A stretch of 20,000 nucleotides of DNA from an uncultured virus (IMG/VR IMGVR_UViG_3300022602_000089) (IMGVR_UViG_3300022602_000089); one strand, 5' to 3'; shown: positions 8,672 to 17,613, numbered from the stretch's first letter. Made by a program: numbers and translations. Notes: generated by a model from the letters alone, not told the origin.

Positions 8672-8873
8672 TTACTTCTCCTTTAAGGGTTACTGCGGTT
8701 ATGCCCATATTGGGCGGTTCTTTTTCGTCACGCACTTTTAGCATCATGTCAGCCAACTCGTAAGAAGCAACTGCTAGTCCTCTCTCACTAAATTGTTTTT
8801 TACCTGACATATAGCCGTTCATAGCAAAGCACGCAATCAAATCTCTTAAATACTCTTTATCTTTATTTTCCAT
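8661..8873 (-). CDS. Conserved small phage protein
   Basis: LRD.IA..AM.G......A..SY.LAD.ML..R pattern, seen in many phage hypotheticals. Confidence 0.8.
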   Translation of the reverse strand: MENKDKEYLRDLIACFAMNGYMSGKKQFSERGLAVASYELADMMLKVRDEKEPPNMGITAVTLKGEVNES

Positions 8874-8888
8874 ATTGAAGCCAGTTAT

Positions 8889-9194
8889 TTAGCATCTCCC
8901 ATCATCTATATCATTAAATAAACCATCTAGCATCGTGTCAATATTATTCTCATCGACCACAACTGCCGTTCCACCATTACGTTGAATGTTCTTCATGTGT
9001 TCAGCCTGTAATGCCGTAGGCTTATTCCCATTAGATTTACACTCTATGCCGTAAAACTTTCCTTGATAACAAACAAGTATGTCAGGCACACCATTCGCAC
9101 CATATCCAGCGGTAAACGGCATTGTGTAATAGATTCCTCTAGCGGCTAAATAGTCTTTAACTTTCTTCTTTACTTTAGCTTCAGGTGTTGCCAT
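8889..9194 (-). CDS. VRR-NUC domain nuclease (putative Holliday junction resolvase)
   Basis: E.KV, GVPDILVC, GIECK, KPTALQ and GG.AVVV motifs. Confidence 0.92.
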   Translation of the reverse strand: MATPEAKVKKKVKDYLAARGIYYTMPFTAGYGANGVPDILVCYQGKFYGIECKSNGNKPTALQAEHMKNIQRNGGTAVVVDENNIDTMLDGLFNDIDDGRC

Positions 9195-9570
9195 TATCTT
9201 CTCCTCTTAGTTTCATTAGTAATGAATATGGCAACACGACAACGAACCAACTATCGCTCGCTTGCCAGCCAACATTTGCCAACTCATTATTCCTCATTAA
9301 CATAAGATTTAAATGTGATATCTCGTCATCACGAACTAACTCATGGTCACTTGCAAGTATCATAGCCATCTTACTTTTAACTTCATCAGGCAAAGTCTTT
9401 TCATCGAACTCTCTGGTATAACCGTCAGCGACATACATCGTGTAATGATCTTTTTCTTTACGCAAAGGTACACGATATAAGTCCCATTTATATGGGTGAA
9501 CAATCGGGCTAAGATTATTTATTACCAAGTTAATTCGATGAGGGACTGGACTGATGTTAAGTATTTTCAT
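9181..9570 (-). CDS. Hypothetical protein (start revised to the ATGA overlap at 9570)
   Basis: ORF lies in the operon; the ATG overlaps the stop of 9567..10508. Confidence 0.7.
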   Translation of the reverse strand: MKILNISPVPHRINLVINNLSPIVHPYKWDLYRVPLRKEKDHYTMYVADGYTREFDEKTLPDEVKSKMAMILASDHELVRDDEISHLNLMLMRNNELANVGWQASDSWFVVVLPYSLLMKLRGEDNGNT

Positions 9571-10508
9571 AGTGTTGGCAAACATGGAACGAATGTCCAA
9601 ACAAAGTCATACACGCTTGGGTGGGCATTATTTATTTGGATGATATCAAGGTCATTTAACAGTCCACTATGGGGTGGAATTAAATTTGCGTGGTATATAG
9701 TATGTCGCCCTTGTTGCTCGTGATATACCTTCTGCATAAGCATGATGGGTTGTAAGTGTTCGTGTTTGTATAAGTTTTTAACTCTAACAAACGGTTCAAC
9801 TATATTAAATTTAAACCCCGACACATCATCTCCAATATGTTTAATTTTACCTACAACTAATTGTCCAAACCCATCAGCACCAATAGCATAAAAGCCACCA
9901 CCAAAAAATCTTTTTATGTCTGCTTTTGCAGTTTCTTTTATTTTATCTAGTTTATTATATTTGTCAAGTATTGTTTTACATTCAGCTAAAATATTTAACT
10001 CAGTAGTTTCCCCTAGTGCATACTTTAATAAGGTGTGTACTTTGTCTACACTTAACGCATCGTCCTTATAAGAACGACCGTGTGAACTTTCTAATGTATG
10101 TACTGCACTAAAAAATGATGCTCTGTAAAAGTGTAAAATTTGTTCTTCATTAGGTATGATGCTATTACGCTTGATTGTTGCTATCAATGTAGATAACTTC
10201 TTACTAAAGAAAGTTTCTTTATCTTCTCTGCTATGCCCTCTATCCTTAATGAAGTAAGGCGAACGAAAATAATATGTTAGGTTTTTACCTGTATCCTCAG
10301 TCCACGCTCTCGCCACCACAAATGTGCCTGTTGCATCGGTAAGAACAATCTCCTGTGGTCGTCGGGTATACATCTCGCCTTTCTGTTCTAACGCTAATAC
10401 TTTTAGCCCAAACTTAAAATTTAGTTCGTATATTAATTTCTTTACTGGTGTGCTTTCAATAGCGTCTATAACATATTGCTCAGTTAATCCATCGATTGCG
10501 TATTTCAT
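9567..10508 (-). CDS. Hypothetical protein (313 aa)
   Basis: Long ORF with GGAGAAG SD; no motif recognised. Confidence 0.85.
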   Translation of the reverse strand: MKYAIDGLTEQYVIDAIESTPVKKLIYELNFKFGLKVLALEQKGEMYTRRPQEIVLTDATGTFVVARAWTEDTGKNLTYYFRSPYFIKDRGHSREDKETFFSKKLSTLIATIKRNSIIPNEEQILHFYRASFFSAVHTLESSHGRSYKDDALSVDKVHTLLKYALGETTELNILAECKTILDKYNKLDKIKETAKADIKRFFGGGFYAIGADGFGQLVVGKIKHIGDDVSGFKFNIVEPFVRVKNLYKHEHLQPIMLMQKVYHEQQGRHTIYHANLIPPHSGLLNDLDIIQINNAHPSVYDFVWTFVPCLPTL

Positions 10509-10509
10509 T

Positions 10510-10851
10510 TCACTTCTCCTTCATTAAAATTTTCGTTAATAAAATATATAACTCTTCATCGTTGAGATACCCATACACGTCCTTGTTGAGATACCCATAC
10601 ACGTCCTTGTTGTTAGAGTCTACTAATTCATACCACAACTTATTATCTTTCATGGGACAAACTTCATATAAACCTGAGTCCTCATTAGAATAAAACAAAT
10701 TACCCATAACTACACTAGCACCGTATCCATTAGGAAACTTATACCTAACACGTCGAGCAATATAGTCAGTAATACGTATTAGGCTTTTGTCTACCTTGTC
10801 CGAAATAATGTATTCCTTGTAGGGCATATCTACTTTTTCTATCTCGATCAT
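10510..10851 (-). CDS. Hypothetical phage protein
   Basis: F.NGYGASVV...GLYEV...DV.GYL pattern; AGGAG SD; internal 8-aa duplication. Confidence 0.85.
   Translation of the reverse strand: MIEIEKVDMPYKEYIISDKVDKSLIRITDYIARRVRYKFPNGYGASVVMGNLFYSNEDSGLYEVCPMKDNKLWYELVDSNNKDVYGYLNKDVYGYLNDEELYILLTKILMKEK
10561..10612. repeat. Perfect 24-bp in-frame tandem duplication
   Basis: GTTGAGATACCCATACACGTCCTT twice, plus GTTG; encodes NKDVYGYL twice. Confidence 0.97.
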
Positions 10852-10859
10852 AATTCTCC

Positions 10860-11903
10860 TTAATATTGTTCAACTTCTTTGCCGTCAACTGTGATAGTCA
10901 AACCCCACTCGCTTTGAGGGAAACGCTTACCCATCGTATACTCTACAGGTTTCATCACCTCGTCATGCCGTTTGTATAATTCTTTATTCAGCTTACGTTT
11001 AATACTAGAGTAAATATACATCGGGTCAATCTCCGCATTTCCATACGCACTTGCATACCCATTATCTAAGGTAGATGATCTTACACGACGATACATATTG
11101 CCAATATCATGTGCGACTGCAAATGCCAACGCTGAGTCTAGTGGTGCTACGTTGATATTCTTGTCTGCCCATGCGATCATATTATCTTTAGTTTCTTTAC
11201 TCAGATAAAAGTTAATTAGTTCATCTTGGTTTGCTAATGACTTTACAGTATCTACCGCAGTATCCATTAGCGTTTTCCAATCTATTGTTTTAAACATTAC
11301 CTCGTTGATTTTATAAAAATCTGCATACTTACTAAGAAACTGCTTCGCATCTTTACGATTGACACGCTTACCAGTTACCTTATAGATAGAAGATTCATGG
11401 GGCATCATAGTATCTAAGTTAACCCGCATACCTTTGAAGATTGGGTGAAAAATATCATTCATTCCTTCCTTATATACCATTCCACCATAACGTGAACTGC
11501 GAAAGAACCATCCTCTACTCCATCTACTCATCAATATATTATCTCCTTGCCCATAGTATTCGCTTGTAAATTCAAACGTGTTGTCTGAACGAATAATACC
11601 TAATTCACGAGGAAAATGAATATAGCTTACATACTTTTTGGTTTCATCTTTTTCCCAATCACGCAGAAAAATATTTTGTTTTTTATTGTTTTGGTCTTTT
11701 TTATATTCTTCCTCTGTGCGGAAAACTTCTTGGTATCTGTAACCATACGTCACAACATAAACAGTTTCATCACCTCGTTCTTCAACATAAAAACATTTAG
11801 TATTATGTTTCCTATCCGCAATTGGATATCTATTTGTTGTGCCACGATACGGCATTTGAGTATTTTTAATCTCGGTAAGTCTATCCCAATGTAATGCTCT
11901 CAT
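10860..11903 (-). CDS. Hypothetical protein (347 aa)
   Basis: Long ORF with GGAGAAG SD; no motif recognised. Confidence 0.85.
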   Translation of the reverse strand: MRALHWDRLTEIKNTQMPYRGTTNRYPIADRKHNTKCFYVEERGDETVYVVTYGYRYQEVFRTEEEYKKDQNNKKQNIFLRDWEKDETKKYVSYIHFPRELGIIRSDNTFEFTSEYYGQGDNILMSRWSRGWFFRSSRYGGMVYKEGMNDIFHPIFKGMRVNLDTMMPHESSIYKVTGKRVNRKDAKQFLSKYADFYKINEVMFKTIDWKTLMDTAVDTVKSLANQDELINFYLSKETKDNMIAWADKNINVAPLDSALAFAVAHDIGNMYRRVRSSTLDNGYASAYGNAEIDPMYIYSSIKRKLNKELYKRHDEVMKPVEYTMGKRFPQSEWGLTITVDGKEVEQY

Positions 11904-11904
11904 T

Positions 11905-12117
11905 TCACTTCTCCTTGTCTAATAAAGTTAATACTGCTTTCCATAGGTTTACTTCTTCTTTACTACTATTCTCGTTAACTACTCTCTCCAACGCATAGAT
12001 GTGTGCCATGTCCCCATGCGTTTGTATCAACAACTCTGCTATGTCGTGCGAAAATTTAGGATTACTCGCATCAGTGCTATACCATTTTTCATACCGTTTT
12101 TCTTTTTCATCAGTCAT
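11905..12117 (-). CDS. Hypothetical protein
   Basis: AAGGA upstream; overlaps the vWA gene end. Confidence 0.75.
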   Translation of the reverse strand: MTDEKEKRYEKWYSTDASNPKFSHDIAELLIQTHGDMAHIYALERVVNENSSKEEVNLWKAVLTLLDKEK

Positions 12118-13393
12118 CCTTTACCATGACTTTCTTACCTGATGGGACTTGTAATGATTTATTCTCAGTAATCATCCACAGGGTAGGGGAAGCGATTGTC
12201 CACTCGATATCATTTTCCACATATCCGTCAGTAAACACGATGACACATTCTGCGTTAATCTTCTTCTGATTGATGTACTTGTTTACACATGAGACCCTAG
12301 TACCGCCACCGCCTAATGGTTTCAATAGCGATGCAATATCTTGGTAATGTTCAGGTTTAAAGTATTGTTCACCATGCACATCGTAATCCCACCATATAAC
12401 TCTTACCGCTTCGGGCGACACCACTTCTACAATCGAAGCCAGTTCCGTAGCAAATTCAGTCAATTCTTTGATACCGATTGAACCTGATGTATCTATCGCA
12501 ACTACTACCTCACCGATTGATTCGTTCTCCATGCTTGGTAAGTAAATGTCATTAGCCATGTGACGCTTATTCATCTTGCGCCATGTGTATTCATCGTTCC
12601 CCTTAGTAGTGGAAGCAACAAATTCTCGCAACACTTCTCGCCAATCTATCTTCGGCTCAAGCAAGTCACTAATCTGTCTAGGCATCTTGCCACCCATGCG
12701 ACCAGCCAACATACCGCCTTCACGCAAAGCCCTATCGATCTTGTCACCCAGCTCTTTACGTTCGTCATCGCTTAGACCTTCAACATACGATTCCCAGTCA
12801 TGCTCATCGAACCCATCGCCACTCATGTCATACTCTTTGCCATTGGCTTTGATCTTGCCATCTCCCGTTCCACCCCCCTGTGGATTGTTAGGCTTACCAC
12901 TTGATCCACTTGGTTGTTTTTGTCGTTGAGGGTTCTCCTTACGGATATAGTTATAGACCTCACGCATCGACCAATTATGAAAGAACGGATCGTACAATGC
13001 ACCATCAGGTAGTTCAACGATAGCCTCGTTACTGTTTGCTATTCTTCCTTTAATATTCTTTATAATGTCATTCACTACAAAGTCCGCCGCCATGTTGGAT
13101 ATCTGCTTATCTTCCTTAAACATATCCTTCCCTCTTGGAATCTGTTTTAATGCAACGTGCAAATTCTCATGCAATACTAAGCCACGCAACTTTGCTTCTT
13201 CTTTGATTTCCTCTATGAATGGTTTAGAATATCTCTTGTTCATGCCATCGGTATAAGCCGTAAACTCTTTATCGATTACTTCGGACTTACCCATCAACAT
13301 CACACCGCTATACAACGCAGTATCGTTGTGTTTCATTAAAGCGATATGTGCTTTCTTCAACCGTATTTCTTGTTTGTGCATCGTCATATCCAT
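12110..13393 (-). CDS. HExxH metallopeptidase plus vWA protein (DUF2201-like); start revised to 13393
   Basis: TAYTDG, LVLHENLHVAL, NMAADFVVN, low-complexity linker, MIDAS DTSGS, GGGGT, VFTDG; GGAGAAG SD before 13393. Confidence 0.92.
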   Translation of the reverse strand: MDMTMHKQEIRLKKAHIALMKHNDTALYSGVMLMGKSEVIDKEFTAYTDGMNKRYSKPFIEEIKEEAKLRGLVLHENLHVALKQIPRGKDMFKEDKQISNMAADFVVNDIIKNIKGRIANSNEAIVELPDGALYDPFFHNWSMREVYNYIRKENPQRQKQPSGSSGKPNNPQGGGTGDGKIKANGKEYDMSGDGFDEHDWESYVEGLSDDERKELGDKIDRALREGGMLAGRMGGKMPRQISDLLEPKIDWREVLREFVASTTKGNDEYTWRKMNKRHMANDIYLPSMENESIGEVVVAIDTSGSIGIKELTEFATELASIVEVVSPEAVRVIWWDYDVHGEQYFKPEHYQDIASLLKPLGGGGTRVSCVNKYINQKKINAECVIVFTDGYVENDIEWTIASPTLWMITENKSLQVPSGKKVMVKDD

Positions 13394-13394
13394 G

Positions 13395-13589
13395 TCACTT
13401 CTCCTGTACAATGATTTCAATAGAGTCGCCGTTGTCAACGACTCTTGCCCTACCGTCTGCTACTTGTTTCAGCCTGAATACTGTAAACTGTTTGAACTCC
13501 TCTGCCTTGTATAATGCCCTTTGCCATAAGACAGTCATAACTATCCCCCATATTATTAAAACTATTTCGCTTGGTGTTATCGTAATCAT
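13395..13589 (-). CDS. Small membrane protein
   Basis: AGGAG SD; one hydrophobic segment (IVLIIWGIVMTVLW); fills the gap between the AAA and vWA genes. Confidence 0.75.
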   Translation of the reverse strand: MITITPSEIVLIIWGIVMTVLWQRALYKAEEFKQFTVFRLKQVADGRARVVDNGDSIEIIVQEK

Positions 13590-13600
13590 TCTTCTTCTCC

Positions 13601-14674
13601 TTAAAATAATTCATGGTTGTTCTTAGCCCACTCTGCGATAGTCGCATTGTTTCTAGCCAGCTTAATTGCCTTCGCATTACGCATCATCATAGTAAAGAAT
13701 ACGGCTTGGACTTCTGAACTAGGAATCTTATTAACGAACTGCATAAATTTAGTCAACTCGTCTTGCGTATCCAACACATCTACTGCTTGAAACATAATCA
13801 TTAACTGTGCAGATATCTCGTCAGGTATTTTTACTGACTCTGGAGCTTTGATAATGTCTTTCACATCGATTAGTGTTTTCTCTAGTGATAAGAAAGCCGA
13901 CATATCAGCAGATGCAGATTGACCGATAGTGCCAGCCAATGCGACCATCGTAGCGTTCTCACCTAAGATATCTCTATGCTTCACAATCACATCGCACTTT
14001 GCTAAGGAACGAGGAGAGCAGAATGATAATGAAGTCATGTTAGGTTTAAAAATGTATGGGTTATCATCTTGATTACCTTCTCTGTATGATGCAAGGACTC
14101 TTGGGAACAACGCAACGAAAGCACGAACAACACGAGAAACACCATTAGCCGATGCCCATTGAAGCCAGTCATTTGCATTTGGTTTACTCATTTCAATCTT
14201 ACATACACGATTACCAGCATGGGCTAACATCGAATCGCCTACACCGTCTGACGCATTGTTTGATGTAGCGAAAACCATGCTTCCACTAGGTAGTGGACGA
14301 TCACCTACCATTCTTTCCAACATCAAGCGAGTAAAGATTACTTGCAATAACTTTGGTGCTTTCATAAACTCATCGAGTAGAATAACTTTAGGTCTTGGAT
14401 CATTGAGGCAGAACAGCGAGGACACATAATATTCTAATGTCTGAGTAGCATGGTTCGGGATTGTCATACCTATGTCTGACATATCTTTTACGGGACAGTC
14501 AACATAGATGTATTGGTAGGCATCGCCAAGATCAGATTCAATCATTTTTAATAGGCTAGTCTTACCGCAACCTGGCTCGCTTGTTATAACAACTGTCAGG
14601 TCTTTACTTACTACGGGAATTAATGTTCTTAGTTCATTGATAGATACTGTTGGGATAAAATTCAGCTTACTCAT
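13601..14674 (-). CDS. MoxR-type AAA+ ATPase
   Basis: Walker A SEPGCGKT, Walker B ILLDE, sensor ATSN, Arg finger GNR, SPRS sensor-2. Confidence 0.93.
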   Translation of the reverse strand: MSKLNFIPTVSINELRTLIPVVSKDLTVVITSEPGCGKTSLLKMIESDLGDAYQYIYVDCPVKDMSDIGMTIPNHATQTLEYYVSSLFCLNDPRPKVILLDEFMKAPKLLQVIFTRLMLERMVGDRPLPSGSMVFATSNNASDGVGDSMLAHAGNRVCKIEMSKPNANDWLQWASANGVSRVVRAFVALFPRVLASYREGNQDDNPYIFKPNMTSLSFCSPRSLAKCDVIVKHRDILGENATMVALAGTIGQSASADMSAFLSLEKTLIDVKDIIKAPESVKIPDEISAQLMIMFQAVDVLDTQDELTKFMQFVNKIPSSEVQAVFFTMMMRNAKAIKLARNNATIAEWAKNNHELF

Positions 14675-14742
14675 TTACTTCTCCTTGTGTATAAAAAATT
14701 AAAAAACTTATGTACGTCACCATGACGTGTATAAAAACTGCA

Positions 14743-15720
14743 TTACTGCATACAACTAAACCCACCAAACCTCGATAAAATATCATCGATCCCTTCCTTG
14801 ACGTTCGACCGCACAGCATCGCTGTCTCGGATGTCCTCTGCACTTACACCGTCTAGGACTTTCTCTAGCGATGCCCTTGCTTGTTCTAGCTCGCTATCAT
14901 GTTTGAGATTAAACACTTTGAAACTGTCACACATATCTAATGCTTTCTGTACAGTCGTGTCGTATATCTTCCTACGCTTGGTTTTCATCTGACCTGTTTT
15001 ATCTAAGCCAATATCGTCAGCACCGCAACAATGAGAGATACTCTGCATTACATCGATAAGCCTTCTACTCTGTTCTTTTGCGATGCTCTCGATAATGTCG
15101 GAACTTTGCTTACTCAATGTCGTAAATAAATCCTCAGCGATATCCTTCGCTATGCCACAACGAAAGTCATTTGTAGGAACTTCTGACACATACAACTGCA
15201 CGTTGAACTTCGATGCAATCTGTTCTCTCGGTGGATAGTCCGCACGGTTAAACATAGTACCTTGCTTGAAAGCCATGTCCGATACGATTGAGTCATAGTC
15301 CATGACTAATGAATCCACTAATTGATGGAACGCTAACTCATGCTCGTGATACTCTTGTTTGAACTTCGGCACATCGATTGATGGTAATAACTGCTGTGAT
15401 TGATTCCACTTGTAAGTCCTACGTTGAAGCCAGTTATAGATAGTCTGCCTGTAATTCACCACCGCTTTGTGCTTGGGATGATTAGCCAATAGATTCTTAA
15501 CATACCTACCCGCACTTTTGTCTGCATTGTGTGACATAGTAACTTCATCGCTGATACCACGATCTTGTTTAGTAGCTGACCATACGCTGATATCCACGCT
15601 GACCAACACCGCACTACTCGCCAATGAGATTAAATGCTCAGGCATCTCTAGGTTTAATTTAGTTTGCTCTACTTCTTCTTGATCGGCAAGGTCTTGCCAT
15701 TCTTCTAAATGTCTGCTCAT
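14743..15720 (-). CDS. DUF3150-like protein (start revised to 15720)
   Basis: GGGAG SD and ATGA overlap at MSRHLEEW. SAVLVSV.ISVW, K.LL and F...DYP...I..KF patterns resemble the DUF3150-like proteins found beside phage AAA-vWA pairs. Confidence 0.7.
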   Translation of the reverse strand: MSRHLEEWQDLADQEEVEQTKLNLEMPEHLISLASSAVLVSVDISVWSATKQDRGISDEVTMSHNADKSAGRYVKNLLANHPKHKAVVNYRQTIYNWLQRRTYKWNQSQQLLPSIDVPKFKQEYHEHELAFHQLVDSLVMDYDSIVSDMAFKQGTMFNRADYPPREQIASKFNVQLYVSEVPTNDFRCGIAKDIAEDLFTTLSKQSSDIIESIAKEQSRRLIDVMQSISHCCGADDIGLDKTGQMKTKRRKIYDTTVQKALDMCDSFKVFNLKHDSELEQARASLEKVLDGVSAEDIRDSDAVRSNVKEGIDDILSRFGGFSCMQ

Positions 15721-15821
15721 GCTACTCTCCCTATAAATAAATCCACTATGACGTGGAACGCTATATAAAAAATACTTAATACTAAAAACAGCCATATAAA
15801 CCACTCTGACTTTTTCATCAT
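15717..15821 (-). CDS. 34-aa membrane peptide
   Basis: MMKKSEWFIWLFLVLSIFYIAFHVIVDLFIGRVA*; AGGGGGG SD; ATGA overlap with the next gene. Confidence 0.65.
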   Translation of the reverse strand: MMKKSEWFIWLFLVLSIFYIAFHVIVDLFIGRVA

Positions 15822-15854
15822 TACCCCCCTGTTAAATTTGTTTCCCTACTAATC

Positions 15855-15902
15855 ATTAGTATAACATAACTTTACATTTAAACATAGTGTCTGCGTAAAG
15901 TA
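15855..15902 (-). promoter_or_regulatory. Repeated 48-bp promoter/operator, copy 1
   Basis: 42/48 identical to 17500-17547; minus-strand TG-T-TATACT extended -10; ACTTTAC-N19-GTAAAGT inverted repeat. Confidence 0.8.
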
Positions 15903-15916
15903 TTTTATGTAAGAAC

Positions 15917-16096
15917 TCATAGGGAATACTCATGTGCTTGGATTACGACCTCATAGCCTAATTGTTTAATTGTGTATATATCCGTTTTAGTTAGCGTAGT
16001 GTGTCTTGCTAACTCTGCTAACAGCTTTGCCGTTTCGCACTTCGGATAGATCATCTCGTTACCATAGACGTTGCGTCTCTCAACTATGATCTTCAT
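15917..16096 (-). CDS. Small hypothetical protein (start revised to 16096)
   Basis: MKIIVERRNVYGNEMIYPKCETAK...; ATGA overlap with 16093..16575. Confidence 0.75.
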   Translation of the reverse strand: MKIIVERRNVYGNEMIYPKCETAKLLAELARHTTLTKTDIYTIKQLGYEVVIQAHEYSL

Positions 16097-16575
16097 AGCC
16101 AGTCCGTTACTATCTGACGAGATGTATATGCCCAGTCCCAATCACCAGTCCCTATTCGCATTTCATCGACATCGTCTAAGTTCTCGCCTAGCCTCACAAA
16201 GACAGCACCTATGTATGGATTAGGATTATCCTTATTGTTAGCCCACTCATCTGCTAGGCTAAATAAACTGTTATGGCACTTAACGTCAAGGAAGTCGGGA
16301 TACCATTTCACATAATCGGCATAGAAGTTAATCTGTAAGTTCTCCTCGTCTATCCGCAGTCCTTCAACCCTCGATCTAAATTCCGATTCCACTAACTCGT
16401 TGAAGCATGGTCGGGTTTCTTCCTTCATTTTCGCTTCCGCTAAGAATGTATAGAATGACTCTCTGCACTTAGCTAGATCAGCTTCTTCTGCATCGCCTTG
16501 TTTCTCGCCACTTGCAACTTGGCTTGCTGTAATAAAGCGTATTGTGTACGCAACCTCAGAACGGTATCCCATCAT
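16093..16575 (-). CDS. Hypothetical phage protein
   Basis: MGYRSEV..., VKWY and FVRLGE..DD motifs, typical of a phage early family. Confidence 0.85.
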   Translation of the reverse strand: MMGYRSEVAYTIRFITASQVASGEKQGDAEEADLAKCRESFYTFLAEAKMKEETRPCFNELVESEFRSRVEGLRIDEENLQINFYADYVKWYPDFLDVKCHNSLFSLADEWANNKDNPNPYIGAVFVRLGENLDDVDEMRIGTGDWDWAYTSRQIVTDWL

Positions 16576-16802
16576 TCACCCCCTAAATATTTTTTAACTA
16601 GATCGATAGCATCGATTGGACACTCGGCACTTAGAACCATTGTCCGTTCAACTCCATTCACAACGTAATTAACTTCATGCAATACTCGTGGCTTAGAATC
16701 ATCCTTCTCTATAGCCCTCGCTTGGAAGTATTCAGCTTTCATTTGTGCATCCTTTCTCTCCTCAATCTCATGCTTCAGGTGTTGTGCAAATGTTTTACTC
16801 AT
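16572..16802 (-). CDS. Hypothetical protein
   Basis: AGGAG SD; ATGA overlap. Confidence 0.75.
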   Translation of the reverse strand: MSKTFAQHLKHEIEERKDAQMKAEYFQARAIEKDDSKPRVLHEVNYVVNGVERTMVLSAECPIDAIDLVKKYLGGE

Positions 16803-16953
16803 GGTGCTTCTCCTTTTTCGGTTGTGGTGTTAATAAATAGAAATACGGATTGCTTGACCTGACTGCCTCGATCTTATCCTTGAACGGTTTATCGCTTAGG
16901 ATTACATTAAGCAACGAGAAGTCATCTTGTTTTTTGATTTTAGTTGTTCGCAT
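16795..16953 (-). CDS. Small hypothetical protein (52 aa)
   Basis: MRTTKIKKQDDF...KEKHHE*; AAGGGA SD; fills the gap. Confidence 0.55.
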   Translation of the reverse strand: MRTTKIKKQDDFSLLNVILSDKPFKDKIEAVRSSNPYFYLLTPQPKKEKHHE

Positions 16954-16982
16954 TTATTTCCCTTTCTTTTCTAGTTCGCTTA

Positions 16983-17204
16983 TCATGTTGTCCTCTTAGG
17001 GTTAAGTTGTTTTAGCTGAGTCAGGTCTGTAATCAGCATATAGTTTGATTTGTTGATAGGTGCAATAGTGTACTTTTTTGACTTGAGATGTGCAACCTCA
17101 TCACCGCAATCTAAGCATAATAAGATTCCTATGCGATAGCGTTGTTCACTATATGTATCACCACACAATTTGCATTGTGGCATAAAAGTTTCATCAACCA
17201 TCAC
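16983..17204 (-). CDS. Small Zn-finger protein
   Basis: CKLC...CLDC, then P.NKSNY...L.QLNPKR. Confidence 0.8.
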   Translation of the reverse strand: MMVDETFMPQCKLCGDTYSEQRYRIGILLCLDCGDEVAHLKSKKYTIAPINKSNYMLITDLTQLKQLNPKRTT

Positions 17205-17401
17205 TCACCCCTCCCGTATTTGTTCTCAAAGAAATCCAACCAGTCCTCGAACTCTTTTTCATACTGCTGTATTGCTTGCTCTGTGTTTTCGAGTCCACTA
17301 AGATGTGGATTGAGATGTGGATTGGACAATTTAAATTCAGAATCTAATTGCTCCCATGCTTGCTCTTGTTCTTCCATTAACATAGCTTTAACTCTACCCA
17401 T
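17201..17401 (-). CDS. Small acidic hypothetical protein
   Basis: AGGAG SD; E/D-rich; contains a 12-bp tandem duplication at 17301-17324 (NPHL twice). Confidence 0.75.
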   Translation of the reverse strand: MGRVKAMLMEEQEQAWEQLDSEFKLSNPHLNPHLSGLENTEQAIQQYEKEFEDWLDFFENKYGRGE

Positions 17402-17499
17402 GATTACTCTCCTAATTGATAAGTGATTCCACGTTTGCGTGGATTGTTAAATAAGTTTTACTGCTGGACAACAACGAAAAACGACTGCCTTACTACACT

Positions 17500-17547
17500 A
17501 TTAGTATAACATAACTTGACATATAAACAAAGTGTTTCAGTAAAGTA
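17500..17547 (-). promoter_or_regulatory. Repeated 48-bp promoter/operator, copy 2
   Basis: 42/48 identical to 15855-15902; extended -10 TGTTATACT; ACTTGAC-N19-GTAAAGT. Confidence 0.8.
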
Positions 17548-17613
17548 GTTAATAGCTAACAAGCGTAATACGGCAGTCGAGGGGTAAGGGTTGGATTGGT
17601 GGGGTAGGTCGGC

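Noticed and set aside
15721..15804. N-terminal extension of the ORF-track call 14743..15804; likewise the long starts at 13438, 16141, 8268 and 9600
   Set aside because: Downstream starts have better SD sequences or ATGA coupling, and the extensions overlap other genes.
17294..17324. DnaA boxes (TGTGGATTG resembles TGTGGATAA)
   Set aside because: Two mismatches from TTATCCACA; better explained as arms of the N6 palindrome.
1479..17426. All other plus-strand ORFs and nested alternate-frame minus ORFs in the track
   Set aside because: They are shadows of well-supported minus-strand genes; for example the poly-Ser ORF 7018..7233 mirrors the acidic tract.
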